Shown here: piece by piece, positions 30,670 through 41,539 of the stretch
How positions within the stretch are numbered: position 1 is the stretch's first letter
Layout of the letters: every line of letters begins with the position of its first letter
Assembly: GCA_030590485.1 (NCBI GenBank)
Contig: JAUUYL010000001.1
Location: 21,760-85,759, forward strand
Length of the DNA: 64,000 nucleotides
From: Lentisphaerota bacterium
Lineage (GTDB): Bacteria; Verrucomicrobiota; Kiritimatiellia; UBA8416; JAUUYL01
Direction: 5' to 3'
Position numbers and translations under genes: made by a program
The notes under the pieces: generated by a model
What the model was told of the DNA's origin: nothing
Seen by the model: the letters and a program-made list of their open reading frames with translations, nothing else
Databases searched by the model: none

Positions 30670-31433
30670 TGTGAAATATCTTTCCAGGGAATGTCTCGAT
30701 CTAACAGCTTCTCTAACCCACTTTTTTGATGGGCAACTACAGGCGCCAAATATTCAATCACGCATTGAGGTATTTTCTGCGCACTTGAAGACGCATGCAC
30801 TTTTTTTGCACCCTGACTCACGTCCATAACTTTTCGCGGGTCAAGATCAAGGAATAGATATAAAGACTCCAACTCTTTGTCCGGTTGGGCCACTATATCT
30901 TCCAGAAACATATAGTGTATCTGCTTTCCTGAGTAGCACTGCCTCCAATTTGCGATACAAGTTATATAATCATTTCGAAGACTTACAACATTCTGTTTAC
31001 AAAAATCAATCAATTCACTTTCTGTTGCATTGCAAAGCTTTCTTTTGTACATCTCTGAAAAATCTTTTTTCGCATGAGACCACGTCCTGTCAATCGGATT
31101 TCTCATTACATAAATAATTTTCTGATCTGGCATCCATTTATTTATAAGAGCAATGGTATCTTGTGATTGAACAGCATAGGCAGGAGTTATCTCTCCAACT
31201 TTCTTGCCAAGGATCTTGCCGGGCAAGAACAAGGCTAAATACCGTAACTTCTGCAAGAATGAATCGGGTCTCATTTTGTCAATTCGACGATCAAAGAAAT
31301 GCTTTTCTTTCGAGGTTGTTTTCCAGACATCAGGGTGACTGGTGATATTTTCCCACAACCATGAGGAACCTGCGCGGGCTGCGCCAATACCAATAAAATC
31401 AGGCTGGAACTTTTTCATAAAACTAATATTCAT
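30666..31433 (-). CDS. sulfotransferase (Sulfotransfer_3-like)
   Basis: FIGIGAARAGSSWLWENITSHPDV...KEKHFF and YVMRNPIDRTWS. Confidence 0.7.
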   Translation of the reverse strand: MNISFMKKFQPDFIGIGAARAGSSWLWENITSHPDVWKTTSKEKHFFDRRIDKMRPDSFLQKLRYLALFLPGKILGKKVGEITPAYAVQSQDTIALINKWMPDQKIIYVMRNPIDRTWSHAKKDFSEMYKRKLCNATESELIDFCKQNVVSLRNDYITCIANWRQCYSGKQIHYMFLEDIVAQPDKELESLYLFLDLDPRKVMDVSQGAKKVHASSSAQKIPQCVIEYLAPVVAHQKSGLEKLLDRDIPWKDISQ

Positions 31434-32281
31434 TTGTTAGTCCAAATCCGGTAGCCGTAAATTCGATTAAGCCAGCTACCACATATTAAAAATTTAAGTT
31501 TTTCCTTCCAAGGTAGCTCGCATTTCCATCCCTCATCCACACGAATCGTTGCTACGCGCTGCGACCTCATACGGTTCCCTCCAATACCCAGGTCAGCATG
31601 CGCTCTAAAGTCCAGCATAGCACTCTCAAATGCTATACCAATAAAAGAACATATCGCCTTAAGCTCTTCTGTCGGGTCTGCGGTTAACTTTTCATACCCG
31701 ACCTGCAACCAATTTGAATCAAGGAATTTGTTCTTTAATAAAAGAGCCCGCACCCCACTTGACAACCATCGTAAAAAGCCAACTCTAAAGGAACCGTATT
31801 TTACATGATATGAATTAACTATTGCTCGGCCATCTCTCACTAAATGAATCACTTTCAGAGAAACGTCGTTACTTTCAGCAAGAAGCAGAAGTCTCTGCCA
31901 TGATTTAGACGAATCAACTAAAATTATTTTTCCTGAAACTGCCCTAATTGAACGGAAAAGACACCCATTATGCTTCATGTATATATTTCTCTCAGCGGCG
32001 GTCCACTTCCTTAACTCAGAGGCAGAGGGGTGTTTAAAACGAGCCAGCTCAACAGTCTCCCCTAAGTCAGAAACATACTGCTCACGAACCTGATGCCAGA
32101 ATTCTGCTGCAGACTTATTATCAGACTGACTCAATCGCTCAAAGTTAATTGTATCGATTTCACTCAAGCCCAGAACTTTAGAGTGCCCATTCAACAGCAT
32201 ATTTAGCAATGTTGATCCACAGTGGCCTGCACCAAGAATGTATACGACCTCAACGGCTTTATTGTTAATAGAACTATTCAT
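31430..32281 (-). CDS. sulfotransferase
   Basis: VVYILGAGHCGSTLLNMLL P-loop-like PAPS motif. Confidence 0.65.
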   Translation of the reverse strand: MNSSINNKAVEVVYILGAGHCGSTLLNMLLNGHSKVLGLSEIDTINFERLSQSDNKSAAEFWHQVREQYVSDLGETVELARFKHPSASELRKWTAAERNIYMKHNGCLFRSIRAVSGKIILVDSSKSWQRLLLLAESNDVSLKVIHLVRDGRAIVNSYHVKYGSFRVGFLRWLSSGVRALLLKNKFLDSNWLQVGYEKLTADPTEELKAICSFIGIAFESAMLDFRAHADLGIGGNRMRSQRVATIRVDEGWKCELPWKEKLKFLICGSWLNRIYGYRIWTNK

Positions 32282-33260
32282 TTGTTAATAAATGAAATGA
32301 CTTTTTAAAAAACTTCACATTATCTTTCCATTGCCAGTTTAGTTCGATATCTGATCTAATTGATCGAGACAATGATTCTTGTTTCACCAAGTCATTATTC
32401 AAAATCTCTTTTTCAAAGAGATTAACAATCGAATCAATTGTTGGTTCAATAAAATATCCATTGACGCCATGCTTGATTAGCTCTCGCATATTCCCAACTA
32501 AAGTGGTGATAATGGGAGTACCGCATGCTCCCGCCTCTAGAGCAGGATTGGGAGTTCCTTCATTCATGCTAGTGCATATGTAGTAGTCTAAGCATTGGTA
32601 ATACTCTCTCATTTGTTGAGCATTTTTGTGCTTATCTTTTGCGGAAGTTACTATCAATGGTACAGCTTTAATATCATATTGCTTTTCCAAAACTTGCATC
32701 GCTTCTTTAAATAATGTGAAGTTTTTTGCCTCTCTAATTTTTCCGACCCAACCGACTTTTATAGTGGAATCAGGTAGTGGCGCTGTATCTATAGGTTGGT
32801 AAAAACCTGAGTCAACGCCATTAGGACAATAGAAGATCTCCGGCAAATCTTGACTAACTAATTCTTTAAGGATAAGTGAGTTGACCGTAACAACAGTAAA
32901 TTGTTTTAGATACGCTATAGATGCTTGATATACCGCTTCAGGCTCAGCTCCTAAAGGAATTGGATTCAAAGGATCAAGCCCGCCACCAATATTAGTGTGA
33001 CTTGTGATAGCCACGCCAAAGTTTTTGTAATCTGATTCTTTAAATGTTAGACGCCCGGCCTCAAGTCCTCGGGAAATTCGCCAGGTAGAAAAGAAAACTT
33101 TTTTACCTTTTAGAACTCCAAGTATCCACAGCACTTTAAATTGTCTTTTTGTTAATACAGTAAACTTTATATCATTTATATATTGCCTGAAATAATCGAC
33201 TTTTTTGTAGTGAACCCAATCTTTAGAGCCAACGACATAGTAGATCCGCTTTTTTCTCAT
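32274..33260 (-). CDS. glycosyltransferase (GT1-like C-terminal domain)
   Basis: YICTSMNEGTPNPALEAGACGTPIITTLVGNMRELI. Confidence 0.7.
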   Translation of the reverse strand: MRKKRIYYVVGSKDWVHYKKVDYFRQYINDIKFTVLTKRQFKVLWILGVLKGKKVFFSTWRISRGLEAGRLTFKESDYKNFGVAITSHTNIGGGLDPLNPIPLGAEPEAVYQASIAYLKQFTVVTVNSLILKELVSQDLPEIFYCPNGVDSGFYQPIDTAPLPDSTIKVGWVGKIREAKNFTLFKEAMQVLEKQYDIKAVPLIVTSAKDKHKNAQQMREYYQCLDYYICTSMNEGTPNPALEAGACGTPIITTLVGNMRELIKHGVNGYFIEPTIDSIVNLFEKEILNNDLVKQESLSRSIRSDIELNWQWKDNVKFFKKSFHLLTNE

Positions 33261-35179
33261 ACATCTGCTTCCGTAGCATTCTGAGCCATATTAAGACTAT
33301 AATAAAGTCCCTTTCTTTCCAGGAGTTCATCATGCTTTCCAACCTCAACAACTCGTCCCTTGTCAAAAACCACAATCTGGTCGAAGCCTTTAATAGCACT
33401 AAGTCGGTGAGCTGCGACAATAATGATCTTATCATCTTTCATTTTTCTCAAACTATTGTATACAAAAGCCTCATTCTCGTAATCAAGGGCATTTGTCCCT
33501 TCATCAATAAGCATAATATTCGAGTCTTGCAAAAACATTCTTGCAAGTCCAACGCGTTGCCTCTCCCCGCCGGAAATAGTTAGACCTCTTTCGCCCAGTC
33601 CTGTCTCCAGCCCATCAGGTAACTCTTTTAAAAATTGAGTGGCAGAAGCAAATTCAACTGCTTTATCGATTTCTTCCGGCGATGCATTCTCATTGAAAAA
33701 TGAAATGTTATTCTTTAATGTGTCATGAAATACAATTGGCTCCTGATTCATATATCCAATTGCAGCTTTATATGACAAATAATGCCTTCTTTCTTTAACA
33801 CTGTTTCCATCTATACAAAGGTCTCCTTCATCAAAACGACGAACCCCAGACAGAATATCCAATAATGTTGACTTTCCCGACCCGGAAAACCCTACTAACG
33901 CCGTTAGAGTTCCTTGTTTAAACTGTAAGGTTATTTCATCTAAGGCAGGCTTATCTGACGAAACATATGAGAATCTACCACCCGATACATCTAGTGATTT
34001 AGGTTCTGCTGGTATAACATAGCTTAATTCTTCACGAGAGTCCGTATCTGGCGGTAATGACTCTATCAACTCAATAACTCTCACTAATGGGGCATAAGTA
34101 GACAAGATTGAAGAACGTGTTTTTTGCAGAACAGAACCGCTTGAAGCGAGCTTCAGCAAAACAAATGCGTAGCTAACCAGATAAATAGACTTTCCATCGG
34201 CTCCAAATAAGTCAGGCTGATTAATTATCAGGAAACCTCCCATCCCCAAAAAAAGTAAAATCATAAAAAAATCTTGGCTAACCTGCGATAATCCAATCAG
34301 ACTATATAACTTGATACTGTTCTTTTCATATTTTCGATGAATATCCATATAATTAGATTTTTCACGATTTTCCAGCCCTCCGACTTTAATCATCTTAATT
34401 CCATAAACAATTTGCTGGAATACATGCATAACATTAGAGGCCAATGCATTATTTTTCCAACTATACGTTTTCAATTTACGGTCTATGACTAAATGTATAA
34501 GAAAATAAAATCCCCCAAGGCCAAGAACCATAAACGTCATCGAGCTATTCATCGAGAAGAGGATGGCTGTATAAATCAGAACTTGCACAGATGATGTTAA
34601 AAATGATGATAATTGATTGACCATCGAGCTAAAACGAGCTGCTTCCGAGTTCAAAAGAAAAATCAACTCGCCGCTACGAGATTCATTAAAATAGTCGATA
34701 TCTTGAAGCATCAGGCTCGAAAGAGCTTTGCCACGTGTTATCCGCAATAACGAGAATCTTATTATCTGATTTAGAAATATTTGCCCAAGCTTTAGCGCGA
34801 TTGAGAGGAATGCAAATAAAACAAAACAAAGAAAAACAGTAAGCAAGACATCCTCTTTAGTTTCAATTTTCACTATTGACGATAAAGAAAAGGAGGCCCC
34901 CCAGACAGAGAAGTCTAACATGCTTTCAGGGGTATCCCCAATGTAGGATATGCCCTTAATTAAGCCGACAATGCATCCGCTTTTCAGTCCCTCTACACAG
35001 CCTACAACAACACCAATAAGAGTAAGAATAATTAACTTCACCTTATTACCATGCAATAGGCCATAAAGAGCAAGGTACTCTTTTGATGAGAATATAGTTA
35101 GTAATCCTATATTTTTCTTGTAAAAATTGACTCGGTGATTACTTGCGTTCTCATTTCGTATAAAACTATCTTTTTTCAT
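33257..35179 (-). CDS. ABC transporter, fused permease/ATPase exporter (MsbA/KpsMT-like polysaccharide or lipid exporter)
   Basis: N-terminal 6-TM domain. Walker A GFSGSGKSTLLDIL, signature LSGGERQRVGLAR, Walker B IMLIDEGTNALD. Confidence 0.85.
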   Translation of the reverse strand: MKKDSFIRNENASNHRVNFYKKNIGLLTIFSSKEYLALYGLLHGNKVKLIILTLIGVVVGCVEGLKSGCIVGLIKGISYIGDTPESMLDFSVWGASFSLSSIVKIETKEDVLLTVFLCFVLFAFLSIALKLGQIFLNQIIRFSLLRITRGKALSSLMLQDIDYFNESRSGELIFLLNSEAARFSSMVNQLSSFLTSSVQVLIYTAILFSMNSSMTFMVLGLGGFYFLIHLVIDRKLKTYSWKNNALASNVMHVFQQIVYGIKMIKVGGLENREKSNYMDIHRKYEKNSIKLYSLIGLSQVSQDFFMILLFLGMGGFLIINQPDLFGADGKSIYLVSYAFVLLKLASSGSVLQKTRSSILSTYAPLVRVIELIESLPPDTDSREELSYVIPAEPKSLDVSGGRFSYVSSDKPALDEITLQFKQGTLTALVGFSGSGKSTLLDILSGVRRFDEGDLCIDGNSVKERRHYLSYKAAIGYMNQEPIVFHDTLKNNISFFNENASPEEIDKAVEFASATQFLKELPDGLETGLGERGLTISGGERQRVGLARMFLQDSNIMLIDEGTNALDYENEAFVYNSLRKMKDDKIIIVAAHRLSAIKGFDQIVVFDKGRVVEVGKHDELLERKGLYYSLNMAQNATEADV

Positions 35180-35206
35180 ATTATTATAATGAGCTTTAAG
35201 CTCTAT

Positions 35207-35998
35207 CTAGTTCTCACTTTTAACGAATGATCGCTCACTATTATTCACCCTGAACAAACAGGGAAATGATACAGAACCTTCAAAATACTCATCAACAGCT
35301 TTTCTTGCGCCCTGCCAACTGCCATAGTCATCTTGTGAGAAAAAACCTTTATTGACTAATAGAGGGTACAAATAATTCAGTTCATGTTTCGTCGATTCGT
35401 AAAAATCCGTATCTAGCCTAAGAAATGCAATTTTCTCATGATTTTGATTTGGGACTGTCTCAAGAATGTCCCCCTTTATAAAATGAATTTTATTTTCAGG
35501 GTAACCTGTTGCTAAGACATTTTTCTTAACTTGATCAAGGGAACAGTAGCATCTCTGATTATAACCATCTTTCCGGCGGGCCTTCTGTCGTTTAATATTC
35601 TTTTCATATGTCAGTCCTCTATGCTCTTTGACATCATGGACGCATGGTTCTGTCATGCCTGTGAATGTATCATACAGATAGACATCCCGTGAGTCATCTC
35701 CAAATTTCAATAACGCTAACAGCATCATATTCACCATTCGCCCCTGAAACACACCACACTCAACAAAATCTCCTTCAATATTATTCTTTACAAGGTATTC
35801 CGTGCCCTTATAAGTCGTATAAATCTTGTCATTATAACCAGAACAAATGAGTTGGCTATTTCCCGAAAACAGCTGTACAAAATCCGAATCTAAATCATGC
35901 GGCAACGGCTTCTCTTTTTTGCAGTCACTTGAGTTTCTAACTATTTTATAACCTATCTTATCTAATAAATTCTTTACAACTTGTTTCATTTTATACAT
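35207..35998 (-). CDS. TylF/MycF-family (macrocin-type) sugar O-methyltransferase
   Basis: DFVECGVFQGRMVNMM...DSRDVYLYDTFTGM is characteristic of the TylF domain. Confidence 0.7.
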   Translation of the reverse strand: MYKMKQVVKNLLDKIGYKIVRNSSDCKKEKPLPHDLDSDFVQLFSGNSQLICSGYNDKIYTTYKGTEYLVKNNIEGDFVECGVFQGRMVNMMLLALLKFGDDSRDVYLYDTFTGMTEPCVHDVKEHRGLTYEKNIKRQKARRKDGYNQRCYCSLDQVKKNVLATGYPENKIHFIKGDILETVPNQNHEKIAFLRLDTDFYESTKHELNYLYPLLVNKGFFSQDDYGSWQGARKAVDEYFEGSVSFPCLFRVNNSERSFVKSEN

Positions 35999-36067
35999 CC
36001 ATTTTTATTATCAGATATCTGCCATCAAGACTTTTGTTATTCTGACAACACTATTCATCAAAACGAT

Positions 36068-37108
36068 CTAATCACTCTTCTCAATCTCCGTAATACTTTT
36101 CTTGTTTTCAACATACCTTTTCTCTGCAATCATAAGCTCTCCGAGCACAGATTCTGCTACACCAGTATTAATCTTATTAGGCGTAGTTGCTTTAGGTGCT
36201 AATTTAAAAATAGCGTATATATCTTCATTACCCTCAACCATTTCAAAACCGACTTTCTCAAACAACGATTTAAGATTGGCCAAATGAAAAATTGAGACGT
36301 GCTCAATGACAAAATATTTCATGAGATCAAAATCGTATTTTCCATCGTTGACTGCCAATAATCCAGGCACCTCTACATAAAGCAACCCATCTGGTCTAAG
36401 CATCTTCTTAAGACCACATATAAACCCCTTTGGATCAAGAATGTGTTCTAAAACATGACGCAAGATCATGGCATCATACAGAACCTCCGGCTGTTCAGGT
36501 GCAAGTGAATTTATTAAAGGGAGCTCATATTTGTCAACACCGTACTTCAAATAAGTGTTGTCTGTATCATAGCCAACAATGGAGTAGCCATGATCAGCAA
36601 ATACAGAGACAATCCCCCCACCGCCACAGCCAACTTCAATAAGCTTACACTCTTCAACATTCTTTAAATGACCCGATAGCCGCTTAAAAACCTTGCGACC
36701 ATTTCTGACTTGTCTTTTAAAGCGTCGGGAAAAGCCCTTCTCCTCTTCTAAACCTTCTTGAAGAGACCTGTAATAGTTTGAGTAAAAACAGCTCATTGAC
36801 TCTGAATCGAAGTTAGGTGTAGTCTGCACCAAAGCACAATTGCGACAGAGCAACTGATCAACAGAGAATCCATATCTATCGTAAGCTGCAATACGAGAAA
36901 AGCGCCTACCTCCACAAATGTGGCACTTTTCCAATGGGACAGTCGTCAGCTGGCCGTTTCTTATTTTCGCCTGTAACTCTTTAATTGTTTTGCTGCGTAT
37001 GCCAAACATATTTCCAAAATTAAACTTCTGTCTATCACGAAAAAAGCGCTTAGAAATCACATAATCTTCAATTTCGATTCCATTTTCCATAGTATGTGTA
37101 ACCTTCAA
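36068..37108 (-). CDS. class I SAM-dependent methyltransferase with N-terminal Cys4 zinc ribbon (sugar C/O-methyltransferase-like)
   Basis: CHICGGRRF...CRNCALVQT, then IEVGCGGGGIVSVFADHG and LRPDGLLYVEVP. Confidence 0.7.
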   Translation of the reverse strand: MKVTHTMENGIEIEDYVISKRFFRDRQKFNFGNMFGIRSKTIKELQAKIRNGQLTTVPLEKCHICGGRRFSRIAAYDRYGFSVDQLLCRNCALVQTTPNFDSESMSCFYSNYYRSLQEGLEEEKGFSRRFKRQVRNGRKVFKRLSGHLKNVEECKLIEVGCGGGGIVSVFADHGYSIVGYDTDNTYLKYGVDKYELPLINSLAPEQPEVLYDAMILRHVLEHILDPKGFICGLKKMLRPDGLLYVEVPGLLAVNDGKYDFDLMKYFVIEHVSIFHLANLKSLFEKVGFEMVEGNEDIYAIFKLAPKATTPNKINTGVAESVLGELMIAEKRYVENKKSITEIEKSD

Positions 37109-37167
37109 ACCATATCACTCTGTCTTGATCTATATTTCCTCACGACTTATTACAAGACGAGACCACG

Positions 37168-38229
37168 TTATAACACCTTCAATGCTAGAGAGATAAAGTC
37201 ATACCACTTATCGACTTGTTTGCTCCAGCTATATTCTTTCTCGATAATATATCTATTTTGCTTCCCAAGCTTATCCAACAATTGCGGATGATTGACAAAG
37301 TGAGTAATTTTATCTGCAAACGCATCGACAGAACGATTTACAATAAATCCATTCTCGCCATCTCTAACAATTTCCTCACAACCGCTGACATTAGTTGATA
37401 TCACAGGACAGCCACAAGCCGAGGCTTCAAGCACACTCAAAGACATTCCTTCTGAAGTCGAAGCACATAAATAAACGTCAATATCATTATAGAACTCAGG
37501 CATTTTATCCAATGGTATCTGCTGGCCATTTGCAGGTGTTGCCTTTTTCAGAACCACTCCTGCCTTCTTGCAACTGGGTTCAATTATCTCAGTTATTCCC
37601 TTACGCCAATCATGCTTGACCGTACCAGAATAGCCCGCAACAATTTTATTTGATCTCGTTCTATTCTCATCTGGTTTGAACAAGTCCGTGTCAACTCCAT
37701 TGGGAGTATATACAACATTATGCAGACCAGCTTCGTGAAAGATATTTGTCAGCCTCTTACTTACAGCGTTCACTCCTTGAAGTTTTTTAAATTCCTTGAT
37801 AAGCCATCTGGGCGGTTTGACATCCTTGTCCGGCATTGTTCTTCGCTTATCCCAAGAATGATGAGAATGTATTCCCGTTATGATTTTTGAGTTTGGAATG
37901 AAAGTAAACCTTCGCTTCTGCGTCCACCCAAATAGACTGCGTTTCTTTTTAAAAAGAGTTTGCCAGCCGATAAAGAAGATCAAATCATAGTCAGCGTGAA
38001 CCTGCTCCAGCAGCCCCCTTTCTCCCTTAATATAAAGAGTGTCTAGAATACAATTTTCATCAGCATTAAATTTAATCAAATTCTGCGCAATAGAATCATA
38101 TGCCCAATTCTTCTGATCACAAATAAGTAATACTTTACAATTTTTCGTCATTCTGGTCCTGCAATAATTAGATCTATCTCTTTGCATCCCAAATAAGCTA
38201 ACGAGGCAGCTCTGTGATGACCGCTCCAA
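37168..38229 (-). CDS. glycosyltransferase family 4
   Basis: ASTSEGMSLSVLEASACGCPVISTNVSGCEEIV. Confidence 0.8.
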   Translation of the reverse strand: MERSSQSCLVSLFGMQRDRSNYCRTRMTKNCKVLLICDQKNWAYDSIAQNLIKFNADENCILDTLYIKGERGLLEQVHADYDLIFFIGWQTLFKKKRSLFGWTQKRRFTFIPNSKIITGIHSHHSWDKRRTMPDKDVKPPRWLIKEFKKLQGVNAVSKRLTNIFHEAGLHNVVYTPNGVDTDLFKPDENRTRSNKIVAGYSGTVKHDWRKGITEIIEPSCKKAGVVLKKATPANGQQIPLDKMPEFYNDIDVYLCASTSEGMSLSVLEASACGCPVISTNVSGCEEIVRDGENGFIVNRSVDAFADKITHFVNHPQLLDKLGKQNRYIIEKEYSWSKQVDKWYDFISLALKVL

Positions 38230-38717
38230 ATCTCATATCCAAGACACTCATGGTCATACCCATACTTCATATTCTCAAAAGGTTTCTCCAGTACTATGAC
38301 AAATCTATTCGCATAGTCCTCTGAAAGATATCCATTCTCCTTAATTGAGTTATACGTTTTTATGAAGCTTCTAATTTTTTTAAGAATCCTTTTATAAGAA
38401 TATGATACAGCAACTTTCTTGTTTGCATTGAACCAATCGTATTTATAACCGATTGCATCAACATCCCTCCAGAACTTTACATAATCCGAATTCCAAAGAC
38501 AAAACATCCCCCAAACAGAGCGCTTTATTGTTTTATTTTCCCAATCTTGGATGAGACGTAAAAATGGCGAATCAAAAATATTTAAAGGAATACATTTCAT
38601 TGGCGTTTTTTTTTCTTTATGCAGCGGCCATTCATGCCTTACCTGCATATGTAAATCCTTCAGCAAAACTTTTTGTTGAGCTAGAACCTTTAGGCCTGCA
38701 AGATTTAAGAACAGCAA
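38148..38717 (-). CDS. hypothetical protein (start uncertain; track ORF overlaps the downstream GT by 82 nt)
   Basis: 189-aa ORF in operon orientation. No recognisable motif. Confidence 0.35.
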   Translation of the reverse strand: MLFLNLAGLKVLAQQKVLLKDLHMQVRHEWPLHKEKKTPMKCIPLNIFDSPFLRLIQDWENKTIKRSVWGMFCLWNSDYVKFWRDVDAIGYKYDWFNANKKVAVSYSYKRILKKIRSFIKTYNSIKENGYLSEDYANRFVIVLEKPFENMKYGYDHECLGYEIWSGHHRAASLAYLGCKEIDLIIAGPE

Positions 38718-38813
38718 ATCTTTTTCGTCTAATATAATAATTCACCTCCTACAGCATCATAGTACAGCCGTGAATTCATAAGAAAAACAGGCAACAAGAA
38801 CAGTATCTTCATA

Positions 38814-39698
38814 TTACTTCTTATACCCCAATATTCTGTTAAGTTCCCCAACGGAATGAGTAACTAAATCTAATTCCTCTCCAGTCAATTCACTCTTCCA
38901 TCTCTCATCATAAAAAAAGTTTTGAGTCTGCTTTATATACCAATCAATATCTTTTCGGCCTTTATTCAAACTTTGTTTTTGCACCATATTTACTCTGGTA
39001 CGTGCCCCCGCATTTCCTCCAACGATATGCTGAGGGAGACTAGGGTAATCAAGCATTTCTTTTACGAAGCCAATGTTTAAGAACGAGCATATTGAACTTA
39101 AAGCTGCTTGAGGATCACAAGCCAGGTCTTCGTATTTGATATTAACATAATCCTTAGGGTCTAATTCCTTTTTAAAAACAATAATGCTCGCAACTGTCTT
39201 TTTCCACTGCCGTATCACATCAGAGAGAGGCTTATCACTGTTCTTTCGTTTCCAGGAATTAATGCACGATCTACCATCTCGAGACAGGAATATATATTTG
39301 ACATCTAACTCGCGTCGGTGCCATCGAGTCAAGCTACGAGCCCACCTAATTGATTTTGAACTGTCAACAAGCCAACGAGCCTCTGTCTTTTCATAAATTG
39401 ATGTCACGAATTTTGAATGAAATAATATACTTTTTGCCCTACGGAGATATTTATTTTTTGCATAATATAGCTGTTCAATTTCACTAATCTCTGCCTTCGT
39501 ATGAACCTCACAGTCAGCATCGCAAAAAGAACATAAACCATGACGTTCTCCAGAGATGATTTGCTCTGCTCGCCTGGCAAGTGTTGAAAACTCTCCAAAG
39601 ACGCTCAAGTGAGGATGTGCATTTAAGCACATCGCAAGCAGCGTGCTACCTGAATGTCCCGGACAAACAATTACAACATATGGGATTCTTTTTCTCAT
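38814..39698 (-). CDS. sulfotransferase
   Basis: VVIVCPGHSGSTLLAMCL PAPS P-loop-like motif. Confidence 0.65.
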   Translation of the reverse strand: MRKRIPYVVIVCPGHSGSTLLAMCLNAHPHLSVFGEFSTLARRAEQIISGERHGLCSFCDADCEVHTKAEISEIEQLYYAKNKYLRRAKSILFHSKFVTSIYEKTEARWLVDSSKSIRWARSLTRWHRRELDVKYIFLSRDGRSCINSWKRKNSDKPLSDVIRQWKKTVASIIVFKKELDPKDYVNIKYEDLACDPQAALSSICSFLNIGFVKEMLDYPSLPQHIVGGNAGARTRVNMVQKQSLNKGRKDIDWYIKQTQNFFYDERWKSELTGEELDLVTHSVGELNRILGYKK

Positions 39699-39718
39699 TT
39701 TTAAATAGCCCTTTCAAA

Positions 39719-40459
39719 CTAAGGCCTTAGTTTAAGTTTTAAAAAACTGTGTACACCTGACAAGTGACTATGCAGTTCAATTTGACCACCAAGCTCCTCC
39801 ACTGTAGCATTAACCAGAGAATATGAGTGCACCCAACTTGTTAAATTCGTTTTTTGAGTGACAGAGCTTTGCTTGTAAGTGATATACGCAACACCTGATG
39901 GCGACAACAATGAAATAATATTCGCAAAAAATTCTTTTAATTCATTTGGAGGAATGTGCATCAAAACACCTATCGAAATTATATAAGCAGGCAATGATTT
40001 TTTACAATTTAAAATAGCACTATCACTTATTACATAAAACTCCGGGCTCTTCGTAGTAACTGTTTCTTGTTTGACAGTGTTAAGCCCTAACTTATAAAAG
40101 CGGTCTGTGATATCGAACCCAATATATCTCCCGGGGTCAAGGAACTCAATCAACTTGCTCCCTATCCTCAAGCTACCACATCCATAATCAACAAGTTTAT
40201 CTGATTTTTTCAGCCCTTGTTCCACTAGAAACTTAAATATCATCTCTCTATTTTGCAATTGCTTCGCGTCATTTTCCCACGCTCCACCTAATGTAGGGTG
40301 CTTACTCTTATCTGATAAAGTTTTTTTTGCCCTCGATATGTAGAAGTTCTTGAATCCTATTCTGTTACATAAATATAAATTGTATTTTGTTAAAATACCT
40401 TGCTTAATCAGTTGACATATTCTACTGATCATTCTTTTCCTTTTTAGCGATCCCCTCAC
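39719..40459 (-). CDS. class I SAM-dependent methyltransferase
   Basis: LVDYGCGSLRIGSKLIEF (motif I). Confidence 0.7.
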   Translation of the reverse strand: MRGSLKRKRMISRICQLIKQGILTKYNLYLCNRIGFKNFYISRAKKTLSDKSKHPTLGGAWENDAKQLQNREMIFKFLVEQGLKKSDKLVDYGCGSLRIGSKLIEFLDPGRYIGFDITDRFYKLGLNTVKQETVTTKSPEFYVISDSAILNCKKSLPAYIISIGVLMHIPPNELKEFFANIISLLSPSGVAYITYKQSSVTQKTNLTSWVHSYSLVNATVEELGGQIELHSHLSGVHSFLKLKLRP

Positions 40460-40555
40460 TTATAACCGTCTAAGTCAAGCGGGTGCGCCAGACTCTTTAG
40501 CGTTTAATGAAAAGCCCTGATTCTCTTTAGTTTATACTATCTGCAATGGCTGCAA

Positions 40556-41536
40556 TTAACGAATTACTTTGTGGATCAACTTTTTAAACGGTATAGCTTT
40601 TCGTATCGGCTTTTCAGCGCGACTTATCAAAGGAGTGACAACCTTCTCTTCCGGATAAAATGGTACCCCCATTTTATTCATAAGAATCCGAATTTTGAGG
40701 TTAGAAAATATTTGATCTGTTGGCGTAAGCGTAGGAAAGTATGCTTTTACTACATCTGAAAGTCCGCTCCCAGCCTCACAAATATTAAAAGCATTACACC
40801 CTTCAAAGTCAGCTAAAAGAATGGCCTTTAGTGAACTTTTAAGAATAGTATCTGTGGTCATACCAGCAACACCAAAAAGCCTTTGCTTCCGCAAATCTGC
40901 AATTCCTTTTTTTGAATCTCTTTTCATTCGTTCTAAATCTTTAATGTATCTTTCATGTTTCGTCGAAAAACCGGCCAACCTCATTGACACAAATGAAAAC
41001 CCAAGCTGACCAATTGTTTCTGCTGCATATTTCTCGACTTTTGCCTTACTCATGCCATAATACTTCCCATTATAGTCAGAAAGCTTGTCGCAATCATTTA
41101 CCAGGATAGACGGATGTTCTTCATCAATTGGTAAATATTTAGGTATAGCAACATCATCCCCCGTCACTGGCCCTGTTTCTTGTCTGTCGCGCATCCATGC
41201 ATCGCAACCGTAATACGAAAATGAACTGAAAAAGATAAACTTTTTAATTTTTGCTCTAGCAGCAACATCCATCACATTAATACTTCCATTTGTATTAACT
41301 TTCTCAAACATCTTATAGTCATTAGTTTTAGTCGGACCCGGCACAGCTGCAGCATGAATCACTGTGTCGATATTATTATTTAGCAATTTACTTTCAAGAG
41401 ATTTAATATACAGTAAATCATCTCCAATCACGGTGTCAAAACCAATAATCTCAACGTCGCCCATTTCTTCAAGCATAGGCTTTAATGTGCTAGTAGCTAA
41501 TCGTCCTTCACTGCCTGTCAACAATATCCTCTTCAT
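40556..41536 (-). CDS. NAD-dependent epimerase/dehydratase (extended SDR)
   Basis: ILLTGSEGRLA (GxxGxxA variant) and YYGMSKAKVEKY (YxxxK). Confidence 0.7.
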   Translation of the reverse strand: MKRILLTGSEGRLATSTLKPMLEEMGDVEIIGFDTVIGDDLLYIKSLESKLLNNNIDTVIHAAAVPGPTKTNDYKMFEKVNTNGSINVMDVAARAKIKKFIFFSSFSYYGCDAWMRDRQETGPVTGDDVAIPKYLPIDEEHPSILVNDCDKLSDYNGKYYGMSKAKVEKYAAETIGQLGFSFVSMRLAGFSTKHERYIKDLERMKRDSKKGIADLRKQRLFGVAGMTTDTILKSSLKAILLADFEGCNAFNICEAGSGLSDVVKAYFPTLTPTDQIFSNLKIRILMNKMGVPFYPEEKVVTPLISRAEKPIRKAIPFKKLIHKVIR

Positions 41537-41539
41537 GGT

